Below are positions 26,256 through 35,939 of a stretch of DNA of 64,000 bases, piece after piece. The DNA is from Thermoplasmata archaeon (GTDB lineage: Archaea; Thermoplasmatota; SW-10-69-26; JACQPN01; JAJPHT01). Positions within the stretch are counted from its first letter, which is position 1; each line of letters starts with the position of its first letter. Position numbers and translations under genes: made by a program. A model generated the notes under the pieces. The model searched no databases and was not told the origin of the DNA. It saw nothing but the letters and a program-made list of their open reading frames with translations. The stretch is from contig JAXDQU010000034.1 of assembly GCA_034667685.1 (NCBI GenBank), positions 1 through 64,000 of the forward strand, written 5' to 3'.

Positions 26256-27221
26256 TCAGCGCCCGCGGGGCGCGAGGCCGAGCGTCGCGGCCGGGCCGCC
26301 CACGCCCTGGGACGAGCGCTTGACGCGGCGCGCGTCCATGTCCTCGCGCTTGGGCATCCAGACGTTCTTCACGAGGCCGACGCGGCGCAGGACGCGGATC
26401 ACGTAGGCGTTGAAGTCGATCTGGTACCACTTCATGCCGTGGTAGGCGGCCTTGGGGAAGGCGTGGTGGTTGTTGTGCCACCCCTCGCCGAGGCCCAGGA
26501 GGCCGACGACCCACTCGTTGCGGCTCTCGTCGTTGGACTCGAACTCGCGCTGGCCGAAGGTGTGGCAGACGCTGTTGACGGACCAGGTGACGTGGTGGCC
26601 GATGGCGAGGCGCACGAGGCCGCCCCAGAGGACCGCGCTCCAGAACGCGCCCCAGGTGTGGCCGATCGCGAGGCCCGCGAGGCCGGGGAGCGCGAAGGAG
26701 AGGATGGCCCAGAGCCAGAACTGGTTGTCGACCGCGTGCGCGACCTTGTCGTTCTCGAAGGGCTTCGCCCAGACGCCGCTCTTGATCAGGCGGTCGCGGA
26801 AGAGCCAGCCCACGTGCGCGTGCCAGAAGCCTTCGAGGGGGGAGTGCGGGTCGCCCTCCTTGTCGCTCTTGGCGTGGTGCTTCACGTGCGTCGCGGCCCA
26901 CTCGACCGCGGGGCCCTGGAGCGCCATGCTCCCCATCGCCAGGAAGACGAAGCGGACGGCTGGGTAGTCCGACTCGAAGCTGCGGTGCGTGAGCATGCGG
27001 TGGAAGCCCACGCCGATGCCGCAGGCCGTGATGACGTACATGCCCGCGAAGATCCCGACGTCGAGCCACGTGACCCACCGGTTCCAGAGCAGCAGCACGG
27101 CGGCGGCCGTCGCCACGAGGGGCAGGGTCACGACGAGCAGCAGGACGACCTTCTCCCAGGTCGCCGCGACGTGCGCGTCGGGGTCGGCATGGCGTGTCAG
27201 GCGGGTGCGGGTCATTGACAT
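26256..27221 (-). CDS. Delta-9-type membrane fatty acid (acyl-CoA/lipid) desaturase
   Basis: His boxes HRMLTH, HVKHH, GEGWHNNHH; DPHSP; WSVNSVCH. Confidence 0.93.
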   Translation of the reverse strand: MSMTRTRLTRHADPDAHVAATWEKVVLLLVVTLPLVATAAAVLLLWNRWVTWLDVGIFAGMYVITACGIGVGFHRMLTHRSFESDYPAVRFVFLAMGSMALQGPAVEWAATHVKHHAKSDKEGDPHSPLEGFWHAHVGWLFRDRLIKSGVWAKPFENDKVAHAVDNQFWLWAILSFALPGLAGLAIGHTWGAFWSAVLWGGLVRLAIGHHVTWSVNSVCHTFGQREFESNDESRNEWVVGLLGLGEGWHNNHHAFPKAAYHGMKWYQIDFNAYVIRVLRRVGLVKNVWMPKREDMDARRVKRSSQGVGGPAATLGLAPRGR

Positions 27222-27331
27222 TACAGCTTGGCGGGGCTCTTAAGATGCGGCGTCGGGCCTTATATTGCGGGAGCCTGGGCACAAGGCTGCACGAAGGCCG
27301 TGCGGTCGTGCGCACACGTGCCCAGACGTCG

Positions 27332-28132
27332 CTAGAGCCCCGTGGAGACGAGGATTTTCGTCGCGCCCTCGGCGAGCGCCGAATGGTCGAGCAGCCAGAG
27401 GCCGGCGGCGGGCGCCGACGTCGTGTAGGTGCATGCGGGACCCTGGCAGGTCAGCACCGTCGTCCCGGACGGGTCGGTCAGCGTCACGTCGACCGCCGGG
27501 ATCGTCCCCTGCGGGGTCACGTCGACGCGCAGGCGACCGGCGCCCGGCTCGACCACGAACCCCTGCCGCTCGGTCTGCGCGCGGCCCAAGGGCTCGCCCG
27601 GCACGGTGGCGTCGACCAGGACGACGCGCGCGGGCGGAGGCTCCGCCGCCCCGGTGATGGAGAGGCGCGTGGTCGCCGCCGTCGCGTCGGAGCCCGAGTA
27701 GGCCACGCGCCAGAGCCCCGGCCGCGGCGAGGCGACCATCGTGGAGCAGGGCCCGGTGCGGCAGTCGAGCACGAGGCGCTCGGTCGGGTCGAGGAGCCCC
27801 ACGCGCGCGCCGCTCCCGAGGAACAGGCGGCCCGAGGCGGCGCCGTAGCCGACCTCGAAGCGCAGGCCCGTCGTCCCGGCGCGCACCGGCACCACGTCGT
27901 TGCGGGCGTTGCCGAACGTCTGCTGCGAGAAGTCATGCGTCCCCTCGTAGAGCGTTCGCCAGGTCGCGTTCGCCGCGGGGGGTCCGGGCATCGCCGCCGG
28001 CGCGATCGGGGGAAGGGCGCGCGGCGCGTCCACGATCAGGTGCCCCGCCCCCGCGCCGGCCGCGACGACCACGGCGACGAGCGCCGCGAGCCTCGGGGCC
28101 TTCACCTGGGATCGCACCGTGCGCCATGACAT
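27332..28132 (-). CDS. Secreted/membrane-anchored protein with two Cys-pair beta modules
   Basis: Hydrophobic N-terminus; repeats LDPTERLVLDCRTGPC..SPRPGLW and TDPSGTTVLTCQGPAC..SAPAAGLW. Confidence 0.6.
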   Translation of the reverse strand: MSWRTVRSQVKAPRLAALVAVVVAAGAGAGHLIVDAPRALPPIAPAAMPGPPAANATWRTLYEGTHDFSQQTFGNARNDVVPVRAGTTGLRFEVGYGAASGRLFLGSGARVGLLDPTERLVLDCRTGPCSTMVASPRPGLWRVAYSGSDATAATTRLSITGAAEPPPARVVLVDATVPGEPLGRAQTERQGFVVEPGAGRLRVDVTPQGTIPAVDVTLTDPSGTTVLTCQGPACTYTTSAPAAGLWLLDHSALAEGATKILVSTGL

Positions 28133-28144
28133 GGGACTTGCGCC

Positions 28145-28380
28145 TCAGGATGCGCTGGCCGTGAGCGGGAGGGAGGAGCGGTACGCGACCTTCCACCAGC
28201 CGGGCGCGGTGAGCGTGCCGCCCACGCCGGTGATGTTGGGCTCCAGGGTCCAGAGGCCGGGCAGGGGGCTCGCGTCCGCGAAGTGGCAGGGCGGGCCGTC
28301 GCAGTCCAGCACCCTGTCGCCCTCGGGCGCGATGATGCGGATGCGGAGCGAGCTGGTGTTGGCGCTCGCCTCACGCGCGG
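28145..28380 (-). pseudogene. Start-less fragment carrying a third copy of the same Cys-pair module
   Basis: Manual translation LRIRIIAPEGDRVLDCDGPPCHFADASPLPGLWTLEP...WWKVAY; no in-frame start found. Confidence 0.5.
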
Positions 28381-28415
28381 GAGCAGGCGGGCGGTAACAT
28401 GAGCGTTTCGGGCGC

Positions 28416-30185
28416 TCAGCCCATCTTCTCCAGCTCGTCCATCATCTCGCCGATCACGCCGAAGCCCTTCTGCCAGAAGCTCTTCTGCGTGATGTCGACG
28501 CCGAGGGGCTTGAGCAGGTCCTGGGGCGACTTGCTGCCGCCGCCGGCCAGCAGCGCCTCGTACTTGGGGACGAACGCCGCGCCCTGCTCGCGGTACATGC
28601 CATAGAGCGCGAGCGAGAGCAGCATGCCGAAGCTGTAGCTGTAGCAGTAGAACGGGCTCGCGTAGATGTGCGGGATGTACTGCCACTCGCGCTGGAAGTC
28701 GTCGGGGACCTCGACGGGGCCGAACTGCTCGCGCACCTGCGCCAGGTAACGCTCGTTCAATTCCTTCGTGGTGGCGCCCTCCATCACCATGCGGTGCGCG
28801 TCCTTCTCGAAGATGACGAAGTACGCCTGGCGCTCGACGGTCGCGTAGATCTCGCCCAGCTTCTCCGAGAGGATCGCGGCGCGGTCCTCCGGCTTCGCCT
28901 CGCGCATGAGCGTGTCGTGCATCAGCATCTCGGCGAAGACGCTCGCCGTCTCGGCCATGGGCAGCGTGCTGTGCGCCACCAGCGGGAAGCGGTCGCGCGC
29001 GAGCACGCTGTGGACCGCGTGCCCCATCTCGTGCGCCAGCGTCTTGAGCGACTGCGCGTCGCCCGTGTGGTTGAGGAAGACGTACGGCGTCATGGTCGAC
29101 GTGACGGTCGCGCAGTAGGCGCCGCCGCGCTTGCCCTCGGCCGGATAGACGTGCACGTGCCGCTCGTCGAAGACGGCCTTCGCCGCGGCCTGGATCTTGG
29201 GGCTGAACGCGCCGAACACGCGCAGGACCTTCTGCTTGGCGTCCTCGTAGGGCACCTCCAGCTTGTCCTTGTTGAGCGGCGCGTAGACGTGATAGCGCGA
29301 GGCGGGCAGGCCCAGCTTCCTCGCCTTCCAGACGAAGTAGCGCTGGAAGACCTGGCGGTTGTCGCGGCAGACTTCCAGGAGCGCGTCGACGGCCTCGTCG
29401 GGCACGTCGTTCCCCTTGTTGCGCACGTTGATCGCGCTGGGGTAGGCGCGCAGCTTCAGGTTCTCGTTGTGCCAGTCGGTCACGACCGTCTGGTAGAGGA
29501 ACGATAGCAGGTTCTCGTTCTGGCCGTAGACGCGCCAAAGCTCCTTGTACGCCGCCTCGCGCACCTTCGGATCGGGGTCGTACACGTTGCGCGTCAGCTC
29601 GGGCTGCGTGACGTCCTTGCCCGTCCTGGGGTCCTTGAACTTGAACGCGGACGTCAGGATCTCGCGCACGCGGTCGTTCGCGCTCTCGCCCGTGATGTCC
29701 TTGAGCGCGATGATCTTCTCCTCGCTCTCCGAGAGCGTGTGCGGCCGGAAGACGCGCACGCGCTCCAGATAGTAACGCTTCTCGGCGTCCTTGGGCATCA
29801 GCGCCGCGGCGCGCGCGTCGGGGAGCGACTTCCACCAGAGGTCGAAGAAGCGCGTGCGGTTCCCGATCTCCGTGGTGAGGTTCTCCATCTTGTTCATGAA
29901 CGCCTGCGTCGCCTCGTCGCGCGTGTCGGCGCTGAACGAGAGGTGGCCGAAGTTCCCCACCCGGCTGGCGAGGTCGCCCAGCTCGACGTCCATCGCGAGC
30001 ACGCGCTCCAGGTCCGCGCTCGTCCTGATCTCCGCGTCGAGCTTCCCGCGCATCGACTCCATCTGCGCGGTGAGCTGCTCCATGCGGTCGAGGATGCGCT
30101 GGAACTCGGGCCCCTCGGTCGCGGGGAGCACCGGCTTGAGGTCCCAGACGATCGGCGCGGGCTTCGCGGAGGCGGACGCGGTCAC
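28416..30185 (-). CDS. pepF: M3B oligoendopeptidase F
   Basis: GKRGGAYC, TLAHEMGH, AETASVFAE, HIYASPFYCYSY. Confidence 0.92.
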   Translation of the reverse strand: MTASASAKPAPIVWDLKPVLPATEGPEFQRILDRMEQLTAQMESMRGKLDAEIRTSADLERVLAMDVELGDLASRVGNFGHLSFSADTRDEATQAFMNKMENLTTEIGNRTRFFDLWWKSLPDARAAALMPKDAEKRYYLERVRVFRPHTLSESEEKIIALKDITGESANDRVREILTSAFKFKDPRTGKDVTQPELTRNVYDPDPKVREAAYKELWRVYGQNENLLSFLYQTVVTDWHNENLKLRAYPSAINVRNKGNDVPDEAVDALLEVCRDNRQVFQRYFVWKARKLGLPASRYHVYAPLNKDKLEVPYEDAKQKVLRVFGAFSPKIQAAAKAVFDERHVHVYPAEGKRGGAYCATVTSTMTPYVFLNHTGDAQSLKTLAHEMGHAVHSVLARDRFPLVAHSTLPMAETASVFAEMLMHDTLMREAKPEDRAAILSEKLGEIYATVERQAYFVIFEKDAHRMVMEGATTKELNERYLAQVREQFGPVEVPDDFQREWQYIPHIYASPFYCYSYSFGMLLSLALYGMYREQGAAFVPKYEALLAGGGSKSPQDLLKPLGVDITQKSFWQKGFGVIGEMMDELEKMG

Positions 30186-30251
30186 GCGCCGGCATGAGGC
30201 GGCATGCGGTATGAGGCATGCTGCTCGGGGTGAGGGGAGGCGGAGGGAGAC

Positions 30252-30436
30252 GAAGGGAGGCTTGGGGAGGCGGAGGGCGACGGGGGGAGGCGAGGGGAAC
30301 GAGCGAGCCGACGTTTGGGCGCATCTGAGCGCGCACCTGACTCCAGGAGCATGTGCGCGCGCAGATGCGACCCGCGCTCCCTCCGGCTCCCCTCGCCTCC
30401 CCCCGTCGCCCTCCGCCTCCCCAAGCCTCCCTTCGG
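30252..30436. repeat. Long purine/pyrimidine-skewed intergenic hairpin (about 10-mer units GGGGAGGCGR)
   Basis: CGAAGGGAGGCTTGGGGAGGCGGAGGGCGACGGGGGGAGGCGAGGGGA mirrored at about 30388-30436; inner stem GCATCTG..GCGCGCAC/GTGCGCGC..CAGATGC. Confidence 0.85.
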
Positions 30437-30520
30437 CTCGCGCTCGTCATCCGTTCGGCACCCTTCGAAGTCCGTGTCGCAAGCGTTAAGGGCGCATCCC
30501 GGGCTGATCACGCGATCATC

Positions 30521-30685
30521 ATGCGGCTGGTGTGCCCCCGATGCAACGCCGGACTCGTGCCCGCGTGGACCGGCCTGCGCTGCCCGCGCATGAGCGCATG
30601 CGGCCGCGGCGGACCCGTCGAGTCGTCGCAGGTCGGCTACGTGTTCTCGCTGGACCCGCACACGAGCCACGGCGTCAAGGCCTGA
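30521..30685 (+). CDS. CPxC zinc-finger microprotein 1 (54 aa)
   Basis: MRLVCPRCNAGLVPAWTGLRCPRMSACGRGG; TATA-like GTTAAG at 30485. Confidence 0.65.
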   Translation: MRLVCPRCNAGLVPAWTGLRCPRMSACGRGGPVESSQVGYVFSLDPHTSHGVKA

Positions 30686-30763
30686 CGCCAGGCGTGCAGC
30701 CGACCGGCTGCTCTCCCCTGACTCGCACAAAGATTAAAACGCCCGCGTGCCTCGGCCGGCCCG

Positions 30764-30898
30764 ATGGCGGAGGCTCGTCGTTGCCCGGAATGCGGCGCGG
30801 CCATGGTGCCCACCCTGCGCGGCCTGCGTTGCCCCAGGCTCGGCTCGTGCGGACGCGGTGGCATCCAGGAGACGCGCAACCCCGCCGGGCGTGCATGA
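30764..30898 (+). CDS. CPxCG zinc-finger microprotein 2 (44 aa, not in the ORF track)
   Basis: MAEARRCPECGAAMVPTLRGLRCPRLGSCGRGGIQETRNPAGRA; TTAAAA at 30734; stop 1 nt before the ACT gene ATG. Confidence 0.65.
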   Translation: MAEARRCPECGAAMVPTLRGLRCPRLGSCGRGGIQETRNPAGRA

Positions 30899-30899
30899 G

Positions 30900-31292
30900 A
30901 TGGCCACCCAGTTCGTCGTCTTCCTTGAGAACCGGCCCGGCGCCCTCGCCGAGCTCGCCGAAGTGCTCGCCGCCGCCGGCGTCAACATCGAAGCCATGCT
31001 CCTCGAAGGCTCGGTGGACTTCGGCAACGTCCGCCTCCACGTGAGCAGCCCCCGCAAGGCCGAGAAGGCGCTCAAGGAGGCAGGCTATCAATACCGCGCG
31101 GGCGAGGCCATCACCATCAGCCTCTCCAACGAGCCGGGCCAGCTCGCCGAGGTCTCGCGCAAGCTCGCCAAGGCCAAGATCAACATCGACGCCCTCTTCG
31201 GCACCACCGCGCCGGGCACCGACCAGGCCGAGTTCGTCCTGATGGTCGACGACCCCGCCAAGGCGCGCAAGGCGTTGGGGTTGGAGAAGTAA
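30900..31292 (+). CDS. Tandem ACT-domain protein
   Basis: LENRPGALAEL..GVNI and NEPGQLAEV..KINI. Confidence 0.88.
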   Translation: MATQFVVFLENRPGALAELAEVLAAAGVNIEAMLLEGSVDFGNVRLHVSSPRKAEKALKEAGYQYRAGEAITISLSNEPGQLAEVSRKLAKAKINIDALFGTTAPGTDQAEFVLMVDDPAKARKALGLEK

Positions 31293-31335
31293 CAACCCTG
31301 CCTCTTCATGACGGGGCCTGCTGCTCTTCGCCACC

Positions 31336-33564
31336 ATGCTGGACCCTGACGCCACGAGCCCTCCCGCGCGGATCGAGCGCAGGATCGGCTTCTCGGACGA
31401 CGTGCTCCAGGAGATCCACCTCCGCTACGGCCGCAATGCCCGCATCGAGGTCGAGCCGGCGGGCGACGTCGTGGCCCATTTCCCCGACGGGGGCCGCCGC
31501 GTCTGGGTGAAGCCGGAGGAATCGGAGCGCGGCGTGCTCACGGAGGCCGAGGCGCAGGGGCTCGTGGCGAAGCTCGAGGAGGCCGCCGAGCGTCCGGGGC
31601 AGCTCTTGAGCTGGGTCCTCTGCACGCTGAAGCGCCAGCCTCCGGGCGTGATCAACCCGCCCTCCCGCGCCGCGGAACGGCGGGGCGTCGAGTTCGGCGC
31701 CTGGTACGAGGGGAAGCTCGCCCCCTTGCGCAAGGCGGACCAAATCCCCGTGCGCAGGCCGCCGAAGCCGAAGCCCGCCGCCCCCGTCAAGGTCGCCAAG
31801 CCCAACATGCTCGCCGACCGTCCCATCGCGTCCGACGCGGAGGACCGGCTCGACTACAAGCCCTACGCGGACGCGCTGGCGAGCCTCATCGACAACCCCC
31901 AAACGGCGACGCCGCTGACGCTGGCGATCCACGCGCCTTGGGGCGCGGGGAAGACGAGCCTCGCGCGGCTCGTGGAGAAACGGCTCACGGGCGGGCCCGC
32001 GGCGGGCGGTGCGGAGCCGCACGTCACGATGTGGTTCAACCCGTGGATGCACGAGGACGCGCCCAGCCTGCGCGGCGCGTTCGTCGCGGAGGTCGCGCAG
32101 CAGGCCGGACGTAAGCGCAGGTTGTGGCGGCGGCTCCTCTTCCCGCTGCCCGCGGGGCTGCGCTCGCCCAGCCAGCAGCTCCGCGTGCGCCTGATGCAGG
32201 GCGCCCTCCTCCTCTCCGTCGCGCTGCTCGTGGGCCTCGCCGCGGTCGGCTTGGGCCTCGCGACCGCGCCGGACTGGACGCCACCCGCGTGGATCCCGAA
32301 GGTCGGTCCCGACCTCGTGGTCGCGGCGCTCGTGGTGTCCGCGACGGGCTTCGGCCTGCGCCTCGTGGGCGCGGTGGGCGGCGCCATCGCGAGCTTCGTG
32401 CGCGACCCCAAGGCGGAGTCGGCGACGGGCTCCATCCCCGGCGTGCGCGCGCAGCTTGGCAAGCTCCTGCGCCAGGCGACGCCGCGGGGCAGCCGCTTCG
32501 TCGTCTTCATCGACGACATGGAGCGCTGCTCGCCCCCGCGCGCCGTGGAGCTCCTGGAGGCGATCAGCCAGCTCGTCGACCATCCCGACGTGGTCGTCGT
32601 GCTAGTGGCCGACATGGAGGGCGTCGCCGCGCACGCCGAGCTGAAGTACGCCGACCTCGCGCGCCAGCAGAAGCGGGACGACTTCGGCCGGCCCTACCTG
32701 GAGAAGATCGTGCAGGTGCAGTTCGACGTGCCCGCGCCGGCCGTGGGGCGCGTGCGCGCGGCGCTGGAAGGCGTCACCGCGCAGGAGCGCCAGCCTTCGG
32801 ACGGGCCGTGGCGCCGCGTCCGACGCATCCTCGCCGAGACGATGGAGGGGCTCCGCGCGACGCCGCGCCTCTTCTCGCGCTTCAACCTCTGGCGCACCCT
32901 GCGGGACGCGTGGCCGAGCCTGCTCGCGGCCGCGCTCCTCGGCTACGTGCTCCTGCACCCCGGCCTCATGGGCATCCTTCCGATCCCCGGCGGCCAGGTC
33001 GTCGCCTGGATCGGCCTGGGCCTCGTCTGTCTCCTCCTTCTCGTCGTGGAATGGCAACGGACGTTGCGCGGCGTCCGCATCACCCAGCTGCGCGGCCAGA
33101 TCGAGGACGCCAGCGCCGGGGGCGCCGATGCGCCCACCGTCGCGCGCGGGTACGAGGAGACGCTCCGTCACCTCGAGGGCCAGGCGGCGGACCTGCGCCT
33201 CGCCAACGCGTCGGACTTCGTCACGCAGGCGCGCGACGAGGCGCTCTCGCGGGTGCCCGCGCTGCCGCGCCACGCCAAGCGCGTTGAGAACCGCGTGCGC
33301 CTCCTGGCGGTCATCGCGAAGCGCCGCGGGATCCTCGACGGTGAGGGCGCGCTCCAGGCGCGGCAGCTTGGCAAGTGGGTCGCGCTGCAGGAGCGCTGGC
33401 CCGACCGGGCGCGGCGCATCGCGGAGGATCCCGGCTGGCTGGCGCGCGAGGAGACCGCGGCGCGCGAGCAGCCTGCGAAGGGAGACGACTGGTCGGCGTT
33501 CCTGCGCGACGAGCCTGCGCTGGGACCTGCGAGCGCCATGCTCACGCGCTTCGAGCGGGCGTAG
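31336..33564 (+). CDS. KAP-family P-loop NTPase with TM insertions
   Basis: AIHAPWGAGKTS (Walker A), WFNPW, VVFIDDMERC (Walker B), YLEKIVQVQF. Confidence 0.88.
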   Translation: MLDPDATSPPARIERRIGFSDDVLQEIHLRYGRNARIEVEPAGDVVAHFPDGGRRVWVKPEESERGVLTEAEAQGLVAKLEEAAERPGQLLSWVLCTLKRQPPGVINPPSRAAERRGVEFGAWYEGKLAPLRKADQIPVRRPPKPKPAAPVKVAKPNMLADRPIASDAEDRLDYKPYADALASLIDNPQTATPLTLAIHAPWGAGKTSLARLVEKRLTGGPAAGGAEPHVTMWFNPWMHEDAPSLRGAFVAEVAQQAGRKRRLWRRLLFPLPAGLRSPSQQLRVRLMQGALLLSVALLVGLAAVGLGLATAPDWTPPAWIPKVGPDLVVAALVVSATGFGLRLVGAVGGAIASFVRDPKAESATGSIPGVRAQLGKLLRQATPRGSRFVVFIDDMERCSPPRAVELLEAISQLVDHPDVVVVLVADMEGVAAHAELKYADLARQQKRDDFGRPYLEKIVQVQFDVPAPAVGRVRAALEGVTAQERQPSDGPWRRVRRILAETMEGLRATPRLFSRFNLWRTLRDAWPSLLAAALLGYVLLHPGLMGILPIPGGQVVAWIGLGLVCLLLLVVEWQRTLRGVRITQLRGQIEDASAGGADAPTVARGYEETLRHLEGQAADLRLANASDFVTQARDEALSRVPALPRHAKRVENRVRLLAVIAKRRGILDGEGALQARQLGKWVALQERWPDRARRIAEDPGWLAREETAAREQPAKGDDWSAFLRDEPALGPASAMLTRFERA

Positions 33565-34558
33565 CGGAGCGCAGCAGCTTCCGGTGCGCCGTCCCCAGCG
33601 CGACGTCGTCAGGCCGCCGCCATTCGCCAGCCTCGCCGTCCGTCTCGACGGCGTACGCTTCCATCTTCCAGCGGCGGTGCGTGAAGACGTGCTCGCCGCG
33701 CCGCTCGGGGCGCTCGGCCACGCGCGCGCGGCCATCGGTGAGGCGCTCCACGTGCTCGCGCAGCAGCTCGCGAGCATCCGCGCCGCGCGGCACCTCGACC
33801 CAGGGCAGCCCCCACGTGCCGGCGAGGAGGCCGGCGTCGCGCTTCTCCAGGAGCATCGCGCCTCCGCGCTTGGAGAGGGCGAGCGCCACGCGCATCTCGC
33901 GGGGCGCGGCGGCGGGCGCCTTCACCGGGTATCGCGTGGCCTGCGCGCGGCCCAGGCACGCCTCGGCGAGCGGGCACGCTTCGCAGCGGGGCGCCTTGGG
34001 CGTACAGACGGTGGCACCCAATTCCATGAGCGCCTCGTTGAACGCGCCGGGCGCGTCGCGCGGCTGCGCGGCCAGGACCCACGCCTCGGCCTTGCGGCGC
34101 GTGGCGGGCAGCGTGATATCATCCTCGGAGGCGGTGAGGCGCGACCAGACGCGCAGGACGTTGCCGTCCACCGCCGGCGCGGGGAGGCCGAAGGCGAGGC
34201 TGGCGACGGCGCCCGCGGTGTAGGGGCCCATGCCGGGGATCTCGCGCAGCGCGGCGAGGTCGGCGGGAAGCTCTCCCTGGTGGCGCTCGACGACGCGCCG
34301 CGCGCCGCTTTGCAGCAGCCGCGCGCGCCGGTAGTAGCCGAGCCCTTCCCACGCCTTCATGAGGTCGTCCTCGCGCGCCGCGGCGAGGCTTTTGATATCG
34401 GGGAAGCGCGCGAGGAACGGCTCGTAGTAGCGCAGGACCGTCTCGACGCGCGTCTGCTGGAGCATGACCTCGCTCACCCAGACGCGGTAGGGATCGCGCG
34501 GCTCCTGGCGCCAGGGGAGGCCGCGCTTGCTCGCGGCGAACCATGACAGCAGGCTCAG
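33542..34558 (-). CDS. mutY: A/G-specific adenine glycosylase
   Basis: LPWR, VWVSEVMLQQT, GLGYY, PGMGPYTA, VDGNV, CTPKAPRCEACPLAEAC; CTG start overlapping the upstream TGA is inferred. Confidence 0.92.
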   Translation of the reverse strand: MSLLSWFAASKRGLPWRQEPRDPYRVWVSEVMLQQTRVETVLRYYEPFLARFPDIKSLAAAREDDLMKAWEGLGYYRRARLLQSGARRVVERHQGELPADLAALREIPGMGPYTAGAVASLAFGLPAPAVDGNVLRVWSRLTASEDDITLPATRRKAEAWVLAAQPRDAPGAFNEALMELGATVCTPKAPRCEACPLAEACLGRAQATRYPVKAPAAAPREMRVALALSKRGGAMLLEKRDAGLLAGTWGLPWVEVPRGADARELLREHVERLTDGRARVAERPERRGEHVFTHRRWKMEAYAVETDGEAGEWRRPDDVALGTAHRKLLRSATPARSA

Positions 34559-35904
34559 TGGGCGCGCCTCCTGGCGAGCCACGCGCCGGCGCCTCCGCAC
34601 AGGAGCGCGACCAGCGCGAGGCCCGCGATCTCGGGCGCGATCTCGCCCAGCGCGTTGCCACGCAGCATCGCGCCGCGCAGCGCGTCGGTGGCGAGCGTCA
34701 CGGGCAGCACGGAGGAGACGGCGCGGGCGGGCGCGGGCATGAACGCGACGGGGAAGAAGAGGCCGCCCAGGAGCAGCATGGGCAGGAGCGCGAGGACGGC
34801 GAGGAGCGCGGCGCCGGAGCTTGCGCGCGTGAGGCCCGCGGCGAGGAGCCCCAGGGCGCCCGCGGCGAGCGAGGCGAGGAGCAGCACGCCCAGCGTCATC
34901 GCGGGGTCCGCGACGGTGGCGCCCAGGAGCGCGAAGCCAAGCGCCAGCGCGACGGCGGCGGGCACGAGCGCGGCCAAGAGCGCGACGAGGAGCTTGGAGA
35001 CGAGCGACCACGTCCGGGCGCCCGGCGCGGCGGCGAGCCTGCGCGCGGCGCCGGTCTCGCGCTCGCGGGCGGCCAGGAGCGCGGCGGAGAGCGCGCCGGT
35101 CCAGAAGACGCCGAGCACGATCGCGCCAGGAAGCGCGACGGTCGAAAGGCGCGTGTCCTGCGAGGCGAGGCCGCTGTCCTGCACCTGCAAGGGGAGCGCG
35201 GTCGTGGTGAGATATCGTTCGCTGTTGCCCAGCACGCCGCCGGCGAAGTCGAGGAAGTCGATGACGTCCTGCACACGCTGCGCGTCGGGGTTGTTGGGCG
35301 CCATGCTGGACTTGACCTGGGAGAGCTCGACGCGCGCCTGGTGGATGCCCAGGACCGAGACGTCCTGCCCGAGCACGTTGGTCACGCCGCCGCTCTCCGT
35401 GAGGTTGAGCAGCACGAGCACGCCGCGGATCTTCTCCTGCACGATGGCCTTGAGGAAGTCGTTGAGCACGCCCTTGACCGCGTTGCGCGCGACGCTGGCG
35501 TGGATGGGATCGGACTCGTCGACGACGAGCCTGACCGTCGCGTTGCTGCCCAGCGTGCCGAGCTGGTTGAGGAAGTGCGCGGGCACGACGAGCACCGCGT
35601 CCACCTCGCCGCGCCTCAGCCGCGCGAGGCCGTCGGCGTCGCTGGTCGCCTTCACCACGTGCGCGAAGCCGTTGCTCGCGACGAGCATGTCCTCCGCCGT
35701 CACGTTGCGGCCGTTCACGTCGAGCTGGTCCGCGACGTCGTGGTTCACGAGCGCGAGGTCGAGCTTCTGCGGCGGCGTCTGGAAGGCCGCGCCGAGCACG
35801 ACGACGAGCAGCACGGGGTAGAGCATGAGCGCCGCGAGCAGCGCGCGGTTGCGCAGCAGCAGGCGCGCGTCCTTCACGAAGTGGGCGAGGAGCACGGCTA
35901 CCAT
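34555..35904 (-). CDS. ABC-2 type transporter permease with large extracellular loop
   Basis: N-terminal TM, LALVNHD, ERETG, LLGGLFFP, LPVTLATDALR. Confidence 0.85.
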   Translation of the reverse strand: MVAVLLAHFVKDARLLLRNRALLAALMLYPVLLVVVLGAAFQTPPQKLDLALVNHDVADQLDVNGRNVTAEDMLVASNGFAHVVKATSDADGLARLRRGEVDAVLVVPAHFLNQLGTLGSNATVRLVVDESDPIHASVARNAVKGVLNDFLKAIVQEKIRGVLVLLNLTESGGVTNVLGQDVSVLGIHQARVELSQVKSSMAPNNPDAQRVQDVIDFLDFAGGVLGNSERYLTTTALPLQVQDSGLASQDTRLSTVALPGAIVLGVFWTGALSAALLAARERETGAARRLAAAPGARTWSLVSKLLVALLAALVPAAVALALGFALLGATVADPAMTLGVLLLASLAAGALGLLAAGLTRASSGAALLAVLALLPMLLLGGLFFPVAFMPAPARAVSSVLPVTLATDALRGAMLRGNALGEIAPEIAGLALVALLCGGAGAWLARRRAH

Positions 35905-35939
35905 CTCCCGTCGCGCTCGACCTGCGCTCCGCGCTCGTC

